Made by a program: the position numbers and the translations under genes. The notes under the pieces are model-generated. The model ran no database searches and was not told where the DNA came from. It was given only the letters and a program-made list of their open reading frames with translations. Below, in pieces: positions 56,680 to 64,000 of a stretch of DNA of 64,000 bases. Source of the DNA: Rhodosorus marinus CCMP1338 (lineage: Eukaryota > Plantae > Rhodophyta); contig JAMWBK010000007.1 of NCBI GenBank assembly GCA_029953675.1, forward strand, positions 1,302,001-1,366,000, given 5' to 3'. The number at the start of each line of letters is the position of its first letter. Positions within the stretch are counted from its first letter, which is position 1.

Positions 56680-57385
56680 GTCTCCGAAGCAGAAACAGGG
56701 TGCTCAGCATATGCCTATGGGACCTTACTGTCACATGCCCTGTGGTAAGCGCCTATCTCAGCTCTGCCGCCCTCCGCCGAAAGGGGCAGCTCCGCCTGCC
56801 CCTTTCGGGGGTGACGGTACGCTGAGAACATGTCCAGTCTTCCCTGCATTGCGGCTCGTTTCTCACGAGTTTCAGTCGTTCATTGTGAAAGGCTTTGACC
56901 ACCTGGAAAGTCGAATTTCGAGTGTTGAATAGGGAGTTTCTGCACCGTTCCGTTTCAGTGTCGCGCTCTGGCGATATTCTGGGGACATTCTAGCAGCATG
57001 TTTGCCGAGGGGCGCCATCGCCGCCTGGGTTTGTACACTTATCTTCCTACTTTTTATTTCCCTTTAGCGCCTTGCCCAGCGGTTCAGGCTGTGCTGGTAA
57101 CTGAGGCCATTGAGGACTCTCCCATCGACAGAGTTCTTGCCGATGAGGGAGAAGCTAGCCCCGGGTCACCTGTTACAGATTACCCCGGTCTGAGCCGATC
57201 GTGGAGCTATCGCACTGCTGTGATTCAACATAGCCTCACCTGGCGCCAACACAGTGCCGCTCACGCAATCTTGCTCAACGCTCCCCTCACACCGCCTACC
57301 ACCGCCGCTCGCCTATGCGGCATGGGAGGCCATCTCTCGCACCTGTGGCTAAACACTCTGCCTTCGTCGCCGGGTCACCGTCCGA
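56680..57385 (+). mobile_element. Decayed CRE-A fragments
   Basis: Diverged REL and 3' UTR (56690-57100), then an internal piece EAIEDSPIDRVLADEGE...HLSHLWL. Confidence 0.8.
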
Positions 57386-57490
57386 TTCCTTAGGTTAGCC
57401 TGGGGAAGGGAACGCGCCGCTTGCTTCTCAGGCGAGGCGAACCGACGAAGGGAACTTTGAAATGTTTCCATCAGTACAACGTAGCCACAT

Positions 57491-57630
57491 AACCCGCTAA
57501 GGTTTTATTAGACGCTTAGATCGGTACTATATCCACGCCTGACGGGCTCCACTAGGGAGTCCTTTAGTAAAGTGTTCACGGTTACGTCAGTCTGGGGTTC
57601 GTTAGTCTGGGGTTACGTTAATCTGGGGTT
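57491..57630 (+). mobile_element. 85-bp 'D' 3' module plus three tandem 16-nt repeat units
   Basis: 57491-57575 is ~95% identical to 58421-58505. It is followed by GGTTACGTCAGTCTGG GGTTCGTTAGTCTGG GGTTACGTTAATCTGG GGTT. Confidence 0.8.
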
Positions 57631-57723
57631 GGGGGGAAAAAAGCCGTTGGAGGTTGAGTTTGGGGTTGATAGTCTGGAGTGGTTTGAAAGTTGGATAGTT
57701 TTTGCGAAAGCGTTTTGACGAGT

Positions 57724-58386
57724 ATGACTACTTTACCGCCTGTGCCTCCGGATGGAGGGGGCTCCTCGACAGACGCTACTATGACAGACCTTCCGGCTGT
57801 TGGCCGAGCGGTATCTGCACCTGAGCCCTTCCCAGTCCCTGTTGCTGAGACTGCACCTGCATATGAACCTGGTATCAACGTGGCTACATCGTTGGCAATT
57901 GATCTGAGCTGCGGAGCGCTGCAGTTACACCTGGACCCCCCCAAGGCCAAAGCTCAGACCTACAACGCGCTGACGCTCCGATTCATGGAGCTTCTCGTAC
58001 AAGCTCATGAGAAAGGCGCCGAGGAGGTCTTCTTACAGCAGTTGACACCGCCGCAACGCCCTGCCCCTGCACCACGAGCAACCCGACCTCGAGCAACCCG
58101 ACCACTACCTGTCTACGAAACACCGCCGTACGCCATTGCCGCCGCTCGCCCCCGCTCTCCTCAAGCCCCAGATCTCGGAGGAGATCAACCTGATCTCGAA
58201 CGAGATAACTTCCCGGATCTCGGCACGGCCAATGACAGCCGCCGCACGACTCCCCGTCCCCGTACTCGACCAATGAATTGTCGACACGTGTCCATGTGCA
58301 CCAAACACCGGCCACTGCCAAGCGCTCGTTTTTCTCAAGATCTGGTGAACATGAAGAAAAGGAGGGCGGGAGATGAGGCTGGTTGA
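57724..58386 (+). pseudogene. Probable 5' (N-terminal) fragment of a further CRE-like family
   Basis: ATG 57724 lies just after a tail array. LAIDLSCGALQLHLD...YNALTLRFMELLVQAHEKG resembles the CRE-A N-terminus LRVRLSCGTFSSEVD...ARALISAVTSLITAASERG. The similarity is weak. Confidence 0.5.
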
Positions 58387-58391
58387 AAATT

Positions 58392-58597
58392 TTAGTCTGG
58401 AGTTATGTTAGTCTGGGGTAAACCCGCTAAGGGTTTATTAGACACTTAGATCGGTACTATATCCACGCCTCACGGGCTCCACTAGGGAGTCCTCTAGTAA
58501 AGTGTCCAGGCTTATCTCCCTAGATATTAGTAGCACTAGTGATACGCTGCAGTGGGCAGCAGCCCAGTAAAGTTGACGGTTACGTTCGCCTGGGGTT
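58392..58597 (+). repeat. Stack of repeat units, a second D module and a CRE-B 3' tip with tail
   Basis: TTAGTCTGGAGTTATGTTAGTCTGGGG; D module 58421-58505; GCTGCAGTGGGCAGC...GTTACGTTCGCCTGGGGTT. Confidence 0.8.
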
Positions 58598-59810
58598 GTA
58601 GCACGTCTTGCTCAAGGGAAGAGCCCCGGCCCCAGCGGCCTGCGTGGGGAACACCTGCAAGGCGTGAACCAGCAGACTCAGGTCGCACTGATCCGGGTCT
58701 TGCGCCAACTAGCGACTACTCCGGAGAGATTCTCACCCCTTCTGACACGCCCCTTCCGCAGCAGTAGGCTCCTGCCGTTCGCTAAGCCAGCACAGGGGAC
58801 TGACTCCCAGATAAATCCAGGCGTCCGTCCAATCGGCGTGCCGGAGGTTTTGCGAAAGGTGGCCACTCAGTGGACACTGCGAGCGGTGAGGGACCGGGTT
58901 AGAGAGCTTTTGGTGCCCTTAAAACTGGGGATTGGGGTCAGCGGGGGTGCGAGCGGTCACTTCAAGCCATCCAGGCCCACCTATCATGTGAACCTGACTC
59001 GGTAGTACTCCGCCTGGACCTTGCGAACGCGTTCAACCGAATAGATCGCCGTATCGCCAAAAAACTGGTTGATCAGCACTTCCCGGAGCTCGCCGCGGTG
59101 TATCGGCTCGGCTATGGAGGCGACCGGGAAAAACCGACGCTCTGTGGCTGGCGCAAGACACACGGAGAGAGTCCCTTGGACAAAGCACGACTAACGCTCC
59201 ACGCAGAAACCGGAGTTCAACAGGGAGATCCACTAGGGCCGGTGCTACACGCGCTCTCCCTCGCCCCCTTCCTTAAGGCACTCAGCACCAAGTTTCATGG
59301 CATAACCATCGTCGCCATCCACGACGATATCACTCTGGTTCGAGCGCTGCCTACACTCAAGGAGGCACTACTCTGGAGACAAACCTTGCTACCTTGCCTC
59401 GGGGCCCGCTTGCAACGCAGCAAATGTAGCCCCTACGGACCATCGCTAACGACAACGCGCTTAGTCAACCGTGCGATTCCTGGCGTGAAAGTGACCAGGG
59501 AAGGCCTCTCGATTCATTCTATCCCGATAGGGACCCGACAGTACATCGAAGACGAGTGCCGACGGCTACGGAACCAGCACGAGGCGCTGTTTAAAGAGAT
59601 TTCGAGGCTACCAACAGAGGAACTGCCCATACAGCTCGCCCTGTTCCGGTACTGTGCTGAAACGCGTTTGCACTACACTCTACGATGCCTTGTCTACCCG
59701 TTTGGACGAGCTCTGGCCCGAGAGGCGGACAACATGACGAGATATCACCTGGAGGTCTTGTTAGGCGGCCTCTCTACCACGGCCTTCGGTGAGGACGAGT
59801 TTGTACACCC
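58598..59810 (+). mobile_element. CRE-B RT-domain fragment
   Basis: VRPIGVPEVLRKVA, LDLANAFNRIDR, GVQQGDPLGP, AIHDD. Confidence 0.9.
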
Positions 59811-61631
59811 GGGCTCACCCCAGAAGCTAGGGGGGCTGGAATCGGGTCTCCTGGGCGAGGGAAAATTCAAATTCGGGTGAGAATTTGAATTACAGCCGGG
59901 TGGCCAAGTTGGCGGAAGACAGTCAATTTCCTCCAGACAATCAACAACATGTCCCGGGACAGGTGAGGGGAGCTCCGGGATCTGGAGGTGACAAAGATGG
60001 TTCCGCAGCTGGTGCCTCTTCGGAGAGGGGTGAAGAGCTGCCTAATCCTTCGAATGTTCCCTCAGCGGGAGCGGATTTCCCGTCCTGGGCCAGCCCTCAG
60101 GTGGGCCTCCAAGCCAAGGCGCGGGCACGCGGTGGTCCCAAGGGCGCCCCATCTTACGTCTCAGTTGTGCGGAAGGGTACCACAGCCGCACGGACGGCGG
60201 CTATGTTAACATTTTTTCCCTCTCGCGAGCAGCAGGGCGGACCTGCGGAGACTACTTTGCAATTCTTCTGGGTGCGCAACGCCCGGCCCCAGACTACACG
60301 GGGCCAGGTCCCGTCCATGCGAGATTTTCGGGATTCTTTTCCGGAGTACGGAGTGTAGCCGCGAAGACTTCATCTTCGCAAATTATGAGGGTCGCGATGT
60401 CCTCTTTGTGGTCACGTCGACCGCGGCCACGTACCTGCAGGCCCTGCTGGAGAAGCCTACCGAGCAGTGGCCTGAGAGCGCCCGCTGGTTGCGTTCTCAA
60501 CCCCAGGTCGTATTGCATTTCGGGTTCGACCGTTTTTCCGGCACTTTCCTCTCTCCCGGAGATCGTTGCTCAGATAGCCCTGCTATCTGAGCACGAGACC
60601 AGTGTGAAAGCTGCAGCCATCCATGGGCTTCGCATTCATCGCATGGACCGGATACTTTTGGAGCGTTTTGCGTCGGGTCCACGCCATCTGCGCGCATCCG
60701 CCTCTACCCTTTTTTGACCGGGAGAGGCACCTTGTGCTGACCTCAAGTCAGAAGGTAGCTACGGCGTTCCGGAGTATTAGAGGGCTTCGCTCCAAGCACA
60801 ACGTCCAGTGCGAGTGGCGCGGAAGGGGAGCCGGAGGTCATGTCGGTCAAGAACGCCCCTATTACTTTGTTGAATCCCGGGGGAGCCGTCCTGCGAGCCT
60901 CGCGGAGTGGCCGGTTGACCAGTTTGGTGAGGTTAGGAGGCAAGCGCGCGAGGACCGACTCCCCCGGGTCGAAGGGGGAGAAGCACATTAGCTCCCCGGG
61001 CACGGCTGCGAGGTCGCAGCCAATGGACTTGCAGGCTTATGTCCTGAAGGAGGGCGGAGACTGGGGCATCTGGCGCACGCGCCTGCGGAGTTGGCTCCGG
61101 CGATGGATTTCTTTGGAAGGAGGCTCCCTACCCCTCCGGGGCAGCATTCCGCCTCTTGTCCTCCCTCGAGGAGAGCTCTCCATGGCTGGGACAATCCTGG
61201 AATTTATTTTCCAGAGTCTGGCTCGTAATCAACGGGACGTCGCTATGTGGGAATTTTTTTTCGGTCATGCCGCGCCTGATTCTGGCACCTACTCACACAT
61301 CGGAGCGCAGATGGCGCGTCCGAGAACGACTGGCCATGTTCCTGAAGGGGGAATTTGAGGTGTTGCAGCAGAGCTACTTGGGGTCATCCGAGGCATCCGG
61401 CCGGAGGACTCGTGCTGGGACAGCCTCGCCTAGGACGACTCGAGTGCAGAAATTGGTGGCGGCTGGCGACCTGAGCCGAGCGGCACGGGTCTTGGAGGGT
61501 CAGGTGCCTGTAAACCCGCACGACGAGAGCCTCGACCAGACTGTGTCGGCGTTTCTCCCCTCGTCCGACGTAGACTTGCTCCCCGAATCCGAGGCATTTT
61601 TAGACCGTCCAGAGTTGGCCAGGTTCCGCAT
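59811..61631 (+). mobile_element. Decayed CRE-A' N-terminal half
   Basis: Similar to 29985-31790 (LQFFWVRNARPQTT, MDLQAYVLKEGGDW, DLSRAARVL). Confidence 0.9.
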
Positions 61632-62147
61632 CGACCTGAGGAGGAAAAATCAAAGGTATGCGCTGGATGTGACTGTGGTGTCACCATTACAGGGAAAATA
61701 TTTGCGGCGGAGCCAAGATGATAGCGGATACGCGGCGAGAGCTGCGGAGAAGTGGAAAATCGCTCACTACACGGAAGCGATGGTGATCGAGAAACCGGAT
61801 GACAAGTTCATCCCGATAGCGATAGAGACGTTTGGGCGTACGGGGCGAATGGCACAAGAGTTCCTCCGCGACAGCTGCAAACACTTACTGCACAGGAGTG
61901 AGGAGCTGAGAGATGTGAGATCGCAGATGAACCGGCAACTATGGTGAGGTAATGCAGAGATAGCACTAGGCGCTTTGCGCGTGGACCAGTTGGAGAATCC
62001 GCTGGTGCCTGTTTTTTCTTTTGAACGTAGCATGAGACCCCGGTAGCGGGGTTCCAGTAAGTTTCTCCCTAGATAGGATTAGACGTAGTGTTGCGCTGCA
62101 GTAGGCAGCTGCCCAGTAAAGCTTATGGTTACGTTAGTCTGGGGTTA
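61632..62147 (+). mobile_element. CRE-B 3' fragment with UTR and 16-nt tail
   Basis: QRYALDVT...FIPIAIETFG; ends GGTTACGTTAGTCTGGGGTTA. Confidence 0.9.
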
Positions 62148-63255
62148 TGCGTTGGCGTTCTTTGTATCCCAGTAGGTTATCGGCCTCGGGTGCCTGGCCA
62201 GTTGACAGGGTCACATGCCGATCGGGGTGTCGCAGGTTAAAGGATCCGAAAATCGCTGTCCTGAAAACTCCCCGTGTAATGCCGCTTTGGAGAAGCGGGA
62301 TTGCGTCTGGGTGGCATAGCAGGCTGGCGTGGGAGGCAATGAAGTCCACGTGCACCACATAAGAGCTCGGGATCCCCAATGCTTGGCAAAGAACCGTTGA
62401 AAAGTCTGATGGGGCCACTTCATCGTGCCGCGGGGTCATACATTCCTGAGAGTGGCGAGGACCGGTGTGGTATCTGGTCCCCAGATAGCTCCTTCCACCG
62501 TAGCGTGCAGCTGTCTCAGGGCAATTTGCTGGGTCTGCGGCCCTGGGCGTCCTACTGTGCGGGTTTGTGCGGCTTCTCCGCGCACTGAGGCTTTCTGATC
62601 CGTGCGCTCAGCGTAGGTAGGTTGTGTACTGCCATTCCCGATGACTGGGAAGGCCTCTGCGTAGTCCAGTGCGACCGTGACACCTGCCCTAACCGGAAGT
62701 TGATTGAGACGCGTTCCGGCTGCATGTTGATTGATGGCCGCCGCCCGCGGGTGCTGTTGCAGGATTTGGGAGGGGTTCGGTGCTGCGGCTCCACCGTGCC
62801 ACATATAAGGTTTTGCTGAAAGCTCGGAGAGACGTGCGGTAGTTCCTTCGAGTTCAGTGGTGCTGTTAATCCGATGATGATGCTGTTAATCCGTGAGTAG
62901 AGTTTGAATACAGCCTGGTAGAAGTCCGCGATAACTGCTTCACCATTTCCCAACTCCTGATAGCGCCGGTCAAAGGCGCGAAGTTGGTGCAAAAAGGCTG
63001 CCGCAGGTCCAGTTGCCTCTTGAGTCTCCATCCTGTAAGCCTCCTGTGCGTTCGCTGCTTCTAAATCCTGGGTGCTTGTGGTCCTGCCGTTATGGCCTAC
63101 GACTCCCAGTCGGTGTCGCCATCCCCTCTTCGCCTGGGCCAGGGCCGTTGGTGCCCGGGTGGCGGAGAGGTTCTGGGTCCGGTCCCAGGGTCTCCTTCTC
63201 GATCATAAAGCTTTCCTTAATAAAACCTCAGCGTATGTTTGTGCATGTTAGCCCC
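62148..63255 (-). mobile_element. 5' part of a B-type element
   Basis: FLHQLRAFDRRYQELGNGEAVIADFYQAVFKLYSRINS (ORF 62552-63031) matches the frameshifted FLRKLRSYDQCYQ-LGNGEQEIEAFYE*VIQLYSRINS at ~9425-9545. Confidence 0.75.
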
Positions 63256-63260
63256 TTAAC

Positions 63261-64000
63261 CTTACCCAGACTAACGTAACCGTAAACTTTCCCCCAGCTG
63301 TAACCGTAAACTTTACTGGGCAGCTGCCTACTGCAGCGTATCACTATTTCTACTACTATCTAGGGATCTGCGATCCCACATCGCTCAGCTCCTCGCTCCT
63401 GTGCAGTAGGTGTTTGCAGCTGTCCCGGAGAAAGTCCTGTGCCATAACCCCAGACTAACTTAACCCCGTAGCCTTTATTCGGCAGCTACCTACCGCAGCG
63501 CAATACCACTACTATATGTTCGTTCTAAACTCACATACACCCCCTGTCCAGGGGTCTCATCTAAGTTCTACTCGAGGGAAATATCGTCCTATCCGCGCTA
63601 TCTTTCTCGATCGCATGCTCAACTGGCGCAGCATTTTGCTGCCACAGAATCCGATTTAATTGACCCCTCACCGACGACAGATGGGAGTCACGATCATGCA
63701 GATGCGTTGTCCCTATGCGAAGAAATTCAAGGCTTGCCTCGCCCATTCGACCAAAAGTCTCGAAAATGAACGGCACAAAAACGAGGTCTCGGTTTTCCAC
63801 CCTCGGCACTTCCTTAGAATGCAACGCCTTCGCTTGTTCTGCTTGTCTCGCAGCATGCCCGCAACTCCAGCTCGTATGTCTCAACTGATGCCTTTGAAGT
63901 GGCGATGTTACCATCACGTCCACCACGTACACGCAACCGCCCGTCGGGTGCCGTGCTACAATATCGGGTCGAATTCCGGACCCAGCAAAGAACCCCTGAG
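63261..64000 (-). mobile_element. CRE-B 3' pieces with tails (63261-63445) and a CRE-B2 3' fragment (63446-64000)
   Basis: CCCAGACTAACGTAACC at 63265; TAACCCCAGACTAACTTAACCCC at 63446; ORF 63561-63932 carries REL motifs. Confidence 0.88.

Overview
This is eukaryotic DNA: spliceosomal GT-AG introns and an 18S rRNA 3'-end fragment are present. The host is probably a unicellular alga or protist, but it cannot be identified from the sequence. More than half the window is a dense, nested cluster of CRE-clade non-LTR retrotransposons (RT plus CCHC finger plus restriction-like endonuclease). They fall into at least three families, called here CRE-A, CRE-B (with subfamilies B2-B4 and a possible D) and CRE-C. 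One CRE-A copy (34603-39426) has an intact ORF of about 1503 aa. Between the elements are four host genes, all with signal peptides. Two are RTX-repeat proteins, one is a ~30-exon Cys-repeat gene built from tandem exon+intron units, and one is an intronless 1307-aa protein with a toxin-like layout. There is also a hAT transposase remnant. The main observations are: (1) a telomere-like 16-nt unit GGGGTTACGTTAGTCT that ends every intact 3' terminus of CRE-B, B2, B3 and D, precedes the 5' ends of B-type elements, and is also inserted on its own; (2) ~11-bp target-site duplications around insertions as short as 16 nt; (3) an 18S/ITS1 pre-rRNA fragment fused to a retrotransposon inside one TSD. Family and domain assignments come from motif recognition by eye, and no database search was run.
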